This document shows positions 1 to 7,766 of a stretch of DNA of 64,000 bases, in pieces. This stretch comes from a virus. Its lineage: Duplodnaviria; Caudoviricetes. The first letter of the stretch is position 1, and each line of letters begins with the position of its first letter. Location: IMG/VR virus record IMGVR_UViG_3300037455_000250, positions 8,968 through 72,967 of that record; one strand, 5' to 3'. The notes below the pieces were generated by a model that worked only from the letters and a program-made list of their open reading frames with translations, made no database searches and had not been told where the DNA came from. A program made the position numbers and the translations under genes.

Positions 1-23
1 ACACAACGATATGTAAAGAAGGT

Positions 24-461
24 ATGAGTATGACAGATTTAGAAAGATTGGAACAATGTGTCAAAGAATATGTTGCTGACAAAATGGAAGAAGGCCCGTT
101 AAAAAAGAGAATTGAAGGCAATAATCTTCTTATTAAGCAACTAATGGAAACACTTAATAAAGAAAAGTATGTACTTGATAATGGTAAAAAAGTTGTGTAT
201 TCGGTTACATCTAAATCTATTACAGATGAAGAAAGATTAATTGCCGTTATAAAGAAGTATGTACCAACAAGTAAGTGCATTAAGACAAAAGAATATATAG
301 ACGGTGATGTTCTCGAGGCTGAAATGTATAAAGATGTTGACAAGCAGATGTTTACAGATGAGGCACTACAAGAAATGGGTAAGTGTACGACATATAAAGA
401 AGTGCCTACATTAAACATCAGAAAGGCTGCAAAGGGTGAAACTAATGACGATAACGATTAG
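24..461 (+). CDS. hypothetical phage protein
   Basis: 145-aa ORF with AAGAAGG RBS; no motif recognised. Confidence 0.7.
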   Translation: MSMTDLERLEQCVKEYVADKMEEGPLKKRIEGNNLLIKQLMETLNKEKYVLDNGKKVVYSVTSKSITDEERLIAVIKKYVPTSKCIKTKEYIDGDVLEAEMYKDVDKQMFTDEALQEMGKCTTYKEVPTLNIRKAAKGETNDDND

Positions 462-579
462 TCCTTTTGTTTTAGGTGTTTTATGCACAATCGGAGCAGA
501 AATTTTAGCGTTTATTCTTATCTGTATATACTATGCGATAAAGAATAGTCTTAAATCACGCAGAAATGCGTCTAAATGA
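445..579 (+). CDS. small membrane protein (44 aa)
   Basis: MTITISPFVLGVLCTIGAEILAFILICIYYAIKNSLKSRRNASK; overlaps the upstream stop; one hydrophobic helix; absent from the ORF track. Confidence 0.6.
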   Translation: MTITISPFVLGVLCTIGAEILAFILICIYYAIKNSLKSRRNASK

Positions 580-595
580 GCGAGGAGAATAAAAT

Positions 596-844
596 ATGAA
601 TAACGATACTAAATATGAAAGCAAAGCGATTACAACGCAAATTAGAGCGACTTCCAGAGTAAGTGCAAAAATCGGTGACGATTTCTACACATTAGAGTTC
701 TCCGAAGAAAGAACTATTCCTGATGTAGAGGGCATTGACCTTGAAAAAGAGCGTGAACTTCTGTGGGAAGATGTTAATTATTCCGTTGATACACAATTAC
801 AAGACACGATTAAATCTGTACTTGAAAGTAAGCGTAAGAAGTGA
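596..844 (+). CDS. hypothetical protein
   Basis: 82 aa, strong GAGGAG RBS. Confidence 0.75.
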   Translation: MNNDTKYESKAITTQIRATSRVSAKIGDDFYTLEFSEERTIPDVEGIDLEKERELLWEDVNYSVDTQLQDTIKSVLESKRKK

Positions 845-901
845 TATTATAATGAGTACATACTCATAGATTTTGTTTTTGCCATAAGAACAATATCTCT
901 T

Positions 902-999
902 GTCGGTTATTTGGTGTGAGCATTTAACCGCTATAATTGAATAACCGACGAACTAACTTGTCGATGGAGTTCTCACACAACTCTATTGACAAGTTTTTT
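902..999 (+). promoter_or_regulatory. structured leader / attenuator of the replication operon
   Basis: hairpin 902-911/940-949; 17-bp hairpin 955-971/979-995 followed by a T-run; loops GTGTGAG and CTCACAC are complementary. Confidence 0.7.
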
Positions 1000-1023
1000 A
1001 TTGCAAGATTTAGGAGTTATTTT

Positions 1024-1767
1024 ATGAATAGAGATTTTAAGGGAGTGTGGATTAGCAAAGATATTTGGCTTAATCCAGATTTAGATATAACAGAAAAGGC
1101 ATTATTTGCAGAGATTGATAGTTTAGACACTGAGAATGGGTGTACGGCAAGTAATAAATATTTTACAGAGTTTTTTAGAATTAGTGAGAGTACGGTAACC
1201 CGTGCTATCTCACACTTAAAAGAATTAGGGCTTATTGAGAGTTCGTTTGACGGAAAAATTAGAACTTTGAGAGTAGTCAAATTGACGAGGCAGAGTAGTC
1301 AAATTGACGAGCATATTAATACAGTTAATAGTGATATATCTAATACTCAATTAAATATTATTCAAGATAATACTAATATAACTAATAAAGAAGATACATA
1401 TAAAATAAAAGGGCAAAAATTCGTGGACGATTTTAACTCAATTTGTAAGTCGTTACCAAAATGCACTCGATTAACTGTTAAACGAAGTAAGGGTATATCA
1501 AATATATTAAAGAAATATTCCTATGACGATATTTTAACTGTTTTTGAAAAGTTAGAGGAGTCAGATTTTTGTACTAATCGTGGGGGCAAAGGATGGAGAG
1601 CAGACATTGATTTCATTTTAAGAGAGGATAAGTTTGTTAGTGTTTTAGAGGGTAAGTATGATAATCAAGGTCGAAGATGTAATGTAGAAACAATATCACA
1701 GGGAAATAAGAAACATCTTTCAGCAGAAGAAAGAGAGGCGATAATTAAGAATGGAAAGAAATTCTGA
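1024..1767 (+). CDS. replication initiator (N-terminal HTH, replisome organiser type)
   Basis: HTH-like ASNKYFTEFFRISESTVTRAISHLKELGLI; C-terminal WRADIDFILREDKFVSVLEGKY; internal iterons; upstream of helicase loader; start moved to ATG 1024 (AGGAG RBS). Confidence 0.8.
   Translation: MNRDFKGVWISKDIWLNPDLDITEKALFAEIDSLDTENGCTASNKYFTEFFRISESTVTRAISHLKELGLIESSFDGKIRTLRVVKLTRQSSQIDEHINTVNSDISNTQLNIIQDNTNITNKEDTYKIKGQKFVDDFNSICKSLPKCTRLTVKRSKGISNILKKYSYDDILTVFEKLEESDFCTNRGGKGWRADIDFILREDKFVSVLEGKYDNQGRRCNVETISQGNKKHLSAEEREAIIKNGKKF
1270..1311 (+). repeat. tandem iterons (2 x 20 bp), putative replication origin
   Basis: AGAGTAGTCAAATTGACGAG at 1270-1289 and 1292-1311, followed by an AT-rich tract. 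Confidence 0.75.
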
Positions 1768-2401
1768 TTGTTGGTATAGTCGTGTGTGTAATGACGATTG
1801 TGAGCGTTGCACGACATATCCTCAGATGTTATGGCAGTTTGAAAATAGCGGATTGCCTAAGTCAAAATATAAAGTAATTGATTTGTACGCAGGCGAAGAA
1901 GATTATGACGCTTTTACACGATTAGCCGAGATACGAAAGAACATAGCAGATTTCGTTGAACAAGGAAAGAATTTATATATCTGTGGGGCAACTCCCGGAA
2001 ACGGTAAGACTTCTTGGTCTATTAAGATGTTACAGACATACTTTCATTATGAGGCAGAAGGTAATTTATTTAATGTTATAGGTATGTTTGTTTCAGTACC
2101 AGATTTGCTTATTCGATTAAAAGATTTTAGTAATCCGTTAGATAACGAGTATAAAGAAAACATTAAAGCGTGTAATTTGTTAATTCTTGATGATATAGCC
2201 GTTACTGGTCTATCACAGTTTGATTATCTTCAACTGTTTACCATTATAGATAGTCGAATGTTATCAGGTAAATCTATTGTATTCACTTCAAACAATATCT
2301 CATTAAAAGATTTAGAAAAGTCTGTTGGTGAGCGTTTAGCGAGCAGAATATGGAACAACAGTGAAATAATCGAATTAAGAGGCGGTGATATGCGTGGTTG
2401 A
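1751..2401 (+). CDS. DnaC/IstB-like AAA+ helicase loader
   Basis: Walker A GATPGNGKTS, Walker B LLILDD, RLASRI; N-terminal Cys cluster; between initiator and helicase. Confidence 0.85.
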   Translation: MERNSDCWYSRVCNDDCERCTTYPQMLWQFENSGLPKSKYKVIDLYAGEEDYDAFTRLAEIRKNIADFVEQGKNLYICGATPGNGKTSWSIKMLQTYFHYEAEGNLFNVIGMFVSVPDLLIRLKDFSNPLDNEYKENIKACNLLILDDIAVTGLSQFDYLQLFTIIDSRMLSGKSIVFTSNNISLKDLEKSVGERLASRIWNNSEIIELRGGDMRG

Positions 2402-3704
2402 GTTACAGATAATCTCAAAGATATTAGAAACAGGAGATTTCTCAATAATTGAGGATAATCTTATAACTGATGATTATTTCAAAGACACAGGATGGGAAGA
2501 TGAGTTTTTATTCATCAAGAATTATTATCAAGAATATGGTACTGTGCCAGATAAATCAACATTCTTACACAAATTCAAAGACAGATTTAAGGGTGAGAAC
2601 CCTTTAGTTGATACTGAAAGAACCAGTAATGAATATCTTGTTGATACAATCCGTGAAGAATATCAGTTTAGAAAGTTAGCACCTGTAGTAGATAAGATTG
2701 CAGACATAGCCAATACTGACGCAAATAAAGCGTGTGAGTATATGTTGCAGGCTATGAAAGATTTGCAACCGAATTATCGTTTGGGTGGTATAGATATTAT
2801 TGCTAATGGTGATAAGAGATTAGAGAATTATAAGGATAGAGTTGAACATCAATCTGATTGGTATTTTTCAAGCGGTTTTCCAGAGTTAGATACTGTTACA
2901 CACGGCATACAAAGAGGGGAAGAATTTATTGTTATTTTTGCCCGTATCAATCAAGGTAAATCTTGGATATTAGAAAAGATGATAACGCACATTTGGTGTC
3001 AAGGGTTTAATGTTGCGTATATATCTCCAGAAATGGGTGATGATAGTATAGGATATAGATTTGATACTTTATTTAAGGGTTATCCTAACAGAAGTTTGAT
3101 GTGGGGTACATCAGAAGTAAATATCACAGAGTATGAGAACCACATTAGTACATTAAAGAATGACCATAAGAATAAATTTATTGTAGCAACTCCAGAAGAT
3201 TTTAATAGAAAAATAACTGTAAGCAAGTTACGCACATTTATTAAACAACATAAGTTAGACGCAATCGCAGTAGACGGCATTAAGTATATGACAGATGAAA
3301 GAGGAAGAAGAAATGATAGTGACGCTACCGCATTAACTAATATTAGTGCCGATTTAATGTCATTATCAGTCGAATTAAAAGTGCCTATTTTAGTTGTTCA
3401 TCAAGCAAACAGACAAGGTGTAATTGATAACGATAGTGAGGGTACTCCTGGTATGCACACAATAAAAGACAGTGACGGTATTGGGGCGTGTGCGTCAAAA
3501 GTATTTTCATTAAGACAAAAAGACGGTGCAGTATCTATTACTCCAGTAAAGCAGAGAAATGGCCCTGTCGGTGACACATTCAAATATCTTTGGAATATAA
3601 ATATCGGTGAGTTTATATACACCGCAGATAATAAAGATTACACACCAGAAGAAAAGAAAGAACGCAGAGAACGCAAAAAGAATGGAGGTAAAGATGTATT
3701 CTAA
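2394..3704 (+). CDS. dnaB: DnaB-like replicative helicase
   Basis: FARINQGKS Walker A, YISPEM, AVDG Walker B, VHQANR, VKQRNG; start could be 2385 or 2394. Confidence 0.85.
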   Translation: MVELQIISKILETGDFSIIEDNLITDDYFKDTGWEDEFLFIKNYYQEYGTVPDKSTFLHKFKDRFKGENPLVDTERTSNEYLVDTIREEYQFRKLAPVVDKIADIANTDANKACEYMLQAMKDLQPNYRLGGIDIIANGDKRLENYKDRVEHQSDWYFSSGFPELDTVTHGIQRGEEFIVIFARINQGKSWILEKMITHIWCQGFNVAYISPEMGDDSIGYRFDTLFKGYPNRSLMWGTSEVNITEYENHISTLKNDHKNKFIVATPEDFNRKITVSKLRTFIKQHKLDAIAVDGIKYMTDERGRRNDSDATALTNISADLMSLSVELKVPILVVHQANRQGVIDNDSEGTPGMHTIKDSDGIGACASKVFSLRQKDGAVSITPVKQRNGPVGDTFKYLWNINIGEFIYTADNKDYTPEEKKERRERKKNGGKDVF

Positions 3705-3849
3705 TGATGTTAACCTTACATTATGCAACAAATGTAAATCGTGTGTTGATGGAAAATGCACAGATAGTTTTGAACCCGGTGTTAGATATGCCTGTGTTAA
3801 TGTGATATTTAAGGAGAACACAGATGAATATAGACGGAACAATAATTAA
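3694..3849 (+). CDS. small Cys-rich protein
   Basis: GGAGG RBS; CNKCKSC...C...C. Confidence 0.5.
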   Translation: MYSNDVNLTLCNKCKSCVDGKCTDSFEPGVRYACVNVIFKENTDEYRRNNN

Positions 3850-4792
3850 CGCAGAACCAGAAGATATAATCACTGAGTTAAGAGCCCAGTTGGCAAAGAG
3901 CGGCATACAAAAGTTTGCGAAGATATTTGATAGTGGGGATGATTTAATGATTTGTTGCCCATATCATAAAGAAGGCCAAGAGCGTAATCCAAGTGCTGGC
4001 ATTAGAAAATCTGACGGACTATTTCACTGTCTTGCTTGTGGTGAAACACACGCATTAACCGAAATGATTAGTGATTGTTTGGGATATAATAACCCAATAT
4101 TAGGATATAAATGGCTGATACAGAATTTTGCAACAACAGAGGTCAGTTCTCGTGGAAAAATTATTGTTAATTATAGAAGGCTCAATAATGATAATGTGCC
4201 TGATATTAGTTCTCCAAAGATAAGTGAAGAAGAATTGGATAATTACCGATATATACACCCGTATCTGTATGAACGTGGTTTAACAGATGAAATTATAGAA
4301 AAGTTTGATATAGGGTATGACAAAGCGACTGACAGTATCACATTTCCTGTGAGAGATAATAATGGCGATTGTATGTTCGTTGCAAGACGGTCTGTTAAGA
4401 CACATCACTTTGATTTGCCTAAAGGCATAACAAAACCATTATATGGTATGTATGAGTTGACACATACAAAAGGGTTCGGAGTTAAATATCCTACAAAGTT
4501 ATATATCTGTGAAGGAACATTCGATTGTTTAAGATTTTGGTGTAATGATAAACTCGCAGTAGCGGGTTTTGGTTGTTTGTTTAATACATATCAGATAAAG
4601 CAAATACAAGATTTGCCGATTAGAACAGTAGTGATTGCCACAGACAACGATAAAGCAGGCTATGAGGCAAATAATAGATTGCGTAAACTATTAACAAACA
4701 AGGTAATCAAAGAAGTTATATGGCCAGAAGGTCGCAAAGACGCGGGCGAATGTACTGATGAAGAAATACAAAATCTCAAGGAGGTTCTATGA
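3824..4792 (+). CDS. dnaG: DNA primase (CHC2 zinc finger + TOPRIM)
   Basis: CCPYH...FHCLAC; ITFPVRD; CEGTFD; TDNDKAG. Confidence 0.9.
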   Translation: MNIDGTIINAEPEDIITELRAQLAKSGIQKFAKIFDSGDDLMICCPYHKEGQERNPSAGIRKSDGLFHCLACGETHALTEMISDCLGYNNPILGYKWLIQNFATTEVSSRGKIIVNYRRLNNDNVPDISSPKISEEELDNYRYIHPYLYERGLTDEIIEKFDIGYDKATDSITFPVRDNNGDCMFVARRSVKTHHFDLPKGITKPLYGMYELTHTKGFGVKYPTKLYICEGTFDCLRFWCNDKLAVAGFGCLFNTYQIKQIQDLPIRTVVIATDNDKAGYEANNRLRKLLTNKVIKEVIWPEGRKDAGECTDEEIQNLKEVL

Positions 4793-5460
4793 TATACACT
4801 TTTTGGGAAGGGTCAATGTCTGGATACATAAAATTGTGTTTAGATACTTGGCGTCAAGAGTTTACACTTTTGAATTATGACAACCTTAATAACTACACTA
4901 ACTTAGATATAAAGGCGTTACAGAATTATACCATTGCTCAAATATCCGATATTGTTCGTGTGCATATATTAAGAGATAACGGTGGATATTGGGTTGACGC
5001 AGATACTATTATGCTTACTGATTATTTGCCCGAAGAAAATATGATAGGTATGCCATCAGATAGAACTGCACATTGTGGGTATCTTCATTTTGATAAGAAC
5101 GCTACTATGCTAAAAGAGTGGGCAGAAAAGCAAGATATGATTATCAGTTCAGGTAGCACGGGTGAATGGGACTTATTTGCAAACTCTCTTTCTGACCCGC
5201 TTGTTAAGAAGTATGATGAAGTTACCATAAAAGACAGGCAATTATATTTTCCCGAAAGTTATATGTCTATTGAAAATAATCCATATTGTCAATACAGAGA
5301 TTTTTATTTTGATAATCATTATCAAGTATCGGATATAAAGCCGACTGAACTGCTTATGTTACACAATTCTTGGACACCATCTTGGTATAAAGATTTAAGT
5401 GAGATAGAGGTACTAACTAAAACAAGAACAATGTCAAATATATTAAAGGAGGTTTTATGA
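4789..5460 (+). CDS. GT32/capsular-polysaccharide-synthesis-like glycosyltransferase
   Basis: IYTFWEG, CLDTW, SDIVRVHILRDNGGYWVDAD (DXD). Confidence 0.75.
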   Translation: MIYTFWEGSMSGYIKLCLDTWRQEFTLLNYDNLNNYTNLDIKALQNYTIAQISDIVRVHILRDNGGYWVDADTIMLTDYLPEENMIGMPSDRTAHCGYLHFDKNATMLKEWAEKQDMIISSGSTGEWDLFANSLSDPLVKKYDEVTIKDRQLYFPESYMSIENNPYCQYRDFYFDNHYQVSDIKPTELLMLHNSWTPSWYKDLSEIEVLTKTRTMSNILKEVL

Positions 5461-6116
5461 GATACATAATTATGTGTGGTGGCAAGTATCATCAATGGAA
5501 AAAACCGAGACAACTCACACGAATATTTGGTGAAACACTTATTGAGCGTACAACTCGATTATTGAAGATGTGTGGAGTTAGTGGTCACGATATTTGGGTT
5601 AGTACATCTAATGCAGAAATGGTGCGTTCAATATTGCAAGAAGTGCCACATACACACATTGTGGTACACAATAATCCTTTTGAAGTGATTAGTCCGAGTA
5701 TTATTACTGGATATTGGTGTGACTGTTTTTATCCAATGACAGAGCCGTGTACTTATATAATGGGTGATGTTGTATTTTCAGAAAAAGCCATAGAAACGAT
5801 TGTTAAGACAGAAACTACCGATATTGAGTTTTTTGCGTCAGCGCCGCCATTTACTAAACAGTATTCAAAAGAGTGGGCAGAGCCTTTTGCTTTTAAGGTA
5901 TTTGACCAAGAACACTTGAAGTCTGCACAACTCAAAACAAAACAATTATGGGATGAACACAAATTTAATCGACACCCTATTGCGTGGGAGTTTTGGCAAG
6001 TAGTGAAAGATACACCACTAAATCAGATAGATTATACTAATTACACAGTTATTAATGATTATACCTGTGACATAGATAAGCCAGAAGATATTAAATACTT
6101 TGAAGGAGTAATGTAA
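5457..6116 (+). CDS. GT-A-fold nucleotidyltransferase-like protein (LicC/MobA-like)
   Basis: IIMCGG...KPRQL...GETLIERT N-terminus; IMGDVVF; C-terminal DIDKPED. Confidence 0.7.
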   Translation: MRYIIMCGGKYHQWKKPRQLTRIFGETLIERTTRLLKMCGVSGHDIWVSTSNAEMVRSILQEVPHTHIVVHNNPFEVISPSIITGYWCDCFYPMTEPCTYIMGDVVFSEKAIETIVKTETTDIEFFASAPPFTKQYSKEWAEPFAFKVFDQEHLKSAQLKTKQLWDEHKFNRHPIAWEFWQVVKDTPLNQIDYTNYTVINDYTCDIDKPEDIKYFEGVM

Positions 6117-6337
6117 TGATTAGGCGCAGAGTAGTTGAGTGTGATGTTTGTGGGGAAGAAGTTGGGGCTAATTCATATAAGATAATCAGAGCAAAGGATA
6201 TATTAAATTGTTGGGATGACCCTGTATTTGTTTTTTCAGATAAGTATATTCTTTGTGGAGATTGTGAGTATCGGATTAAACGCATAACAAAACGAATGAA
6301 AAATATTATAAATACTAAAGAGAAAGGAAAACGCTAA
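6116..6337 (+). CDS. small Zn-finger protein
   Basis: CDVC...CGDC; overlapping start/stop coupling. Confidence 0.65.
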   Translation: MIRRRVVECDVCGEEVGANSYKIIRAKDILNCWDDPVFVFSDKYILCGDCEYRIKRITKRMKNIINTKEKGKR

Positions 6338-7026
6338 TGGCATACTATTTAATTCATACTTGCAACCAACGATTTTGGTATGTAAAAGAGTATTTAATCC
6401 CGTCTATGATGTTACAAGGCATTCCAGCAGATAATATATTTGTCTATCGGGATTATAACGAGATTGGAAATCTAAGGGCATTCATTGATAGTTGTAATAA
6501 GAATGTTCAACAGTGCGAGAAGAATGGCATTAGCGGAGTTTGGCACTTACAAGATGATATAATTGTCAGTAATGACTTTGCACAAAAGACACAGTTATAT
6601 GATAACGGATTAGTTTGTGGGTTTACTTGTGCTTACGATAAACAACCAGAAGAGGGTTTCTTTCAGTTATATCAACAAAAGATGTGGTATAGTTTTCCGT
6701 GTATGCGAATACCAACAAGCGTGTTAAGAGCGTTCGTTGATTGGGCAAATGTAAATCTATGGCAAAGTAAATATTTTAAGTCGTGGGTTAAGAGAAACAA
6801 AGCAGATGATATGATTTTCAAAGAATGGCTATATGATAACTATCCAGATATGACACATCATAATCTTGCCCCAAACATTGTAAATCACATTGATAAGTAT
6901 TTAGGTGGTTCTGTTGTAAATACACAAAGAGATAAAGACCAAGATACTATGTCAATCTTTTGGGAAGACAACGGAGAGTTACAGAATGTAATGAAGTTCT
7001 TGCTTGACAGAAAACAGAATATTTAG
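6337..7026 (+). CDS. putative GT-A glycosyltransferase
   Basis: GNLRAF...HLQDDIIVS acidic motif, SFPC, PNIVNHID. Confidence 0.55.
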   Translation: MAYYLIHTCNQRFWYVKEYLIPSMMLQGIPADNIFVYRDYNEIGNLRAFIDSCNKNVQQCEKNGISGVWHLQDDIIVSNDFAQKTQLYDNGLVCGFTCAYDKQPEEGFFQLYQQKMWYSFPCMRIPTSVLRAFVDWANVNLWQSKYFKSWVKRNKADDMIFKEWLYDNYPDMTHHNLAPNIVNHIDKYLGGSVVNTQRDKDQDTMSIFWEDNGELQNVMKFLLDRKQNI

Positions 7027-7032
7027 TATAAT
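7004..7032 (+). promoter_or_regulatory. sigma-A promoter for ssb-polA
   Basis: TTGACA-17-TATAAT; -10 sits inside AATATT-N6-AATGTTT. Confidence 0.8.
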
Positions 7033-7085
7033 GTTTATAGTTTCATAAGAAACAAAACAGTAAAACAGTATAAAGGAGACAGTTT

Positions 7086-7766
7086 ATGGGCAGATTAACA
7101 GGCGACAACATTGAACAGTTTAGGAGTTACTCAGGTGACGGTTCAAACAACAGACGCAAATTTTTATCTCTTAAAGATAAGGGTTCAACCGCAAGAGGTA
7201 GAATTGTTTGTGAGAAAGCAGAAGATGTTGAGTGCTATGTAGTTCACAGAGTAAAAGTTGGTGACTACGAAAGAGAAGTAAATTGCTTGTATGAGCAGGG
7301 CGGTTCTATCGAAGATTGTCCGTTCTGCAAAGCAAAGTTAGACAGGTCAGCAAAGATTTATATCCCATTCTTTGACGAGGCAGATGGAGAAATTAAGATT
7401 TTTGAAAGACCTAACAGTTTTTACAGTAAGATTTCAAGTTATTGTTCCCGTTTCGCACCTATCGTTTCGTATGATATAGAGATTGTACGCAATCACGAAA
7501 AGGACAGTAAGAAACCCGATTTTGATATTTTCCCTGGTAAGTCAGATGGAGCAACTGTTGAGGATATTCTGGATGACGCAGGTGTTGAAGAATTGCCAAA
7601 GATTTTAGGTGTATATGTTCTTGACAAAACCGCAGATGATATGGAATATTATCTCGAACACAACGAGTTTCCAGAAACAAGAAGTGAAGATACTCCTATA
7701 AGACGAGGAAGTTCATCAGAAGAAGAAAGACCCCGTAGAAGAGGACGCAGTGGAGATAGGTTCTAA
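7086..7766 (+). CDS. gp32-like single-stranded DNA-binding protein
   Basis: FLSLKDKG, VVHRV, NCL...CPFC Zn motif, YDIEIVR; charged tail; immediately upstream of the polymerase. Confidence 0.7.
   Translation: MGRLTGDNIEQFRSYSGDGSNNRRKFLSLKDKGSTARGRIVCEKAEDVECYVVHRVKVGDYEREVNCLYEQGGSIEDCPFCKAKLDRSAKIYIPFFDEADGEIKIFERPNSFYSKISSYCSRFAPIVSYDIEIVRNHEKDSKKPDFDIFPGKSDGATVEDILDDAGVEELPKILGVYVLDKTADDMEYYLEHNEFPETRSEDTPIRRGSSSEEERPRRRGRSGDRF

Noticed and set aside
937-1023. N-terminal extension of the initiator given by the ORF track
   Set aside because: It runs through the terminator hairpin and has no RBS; ATG 1024 has AGGAG
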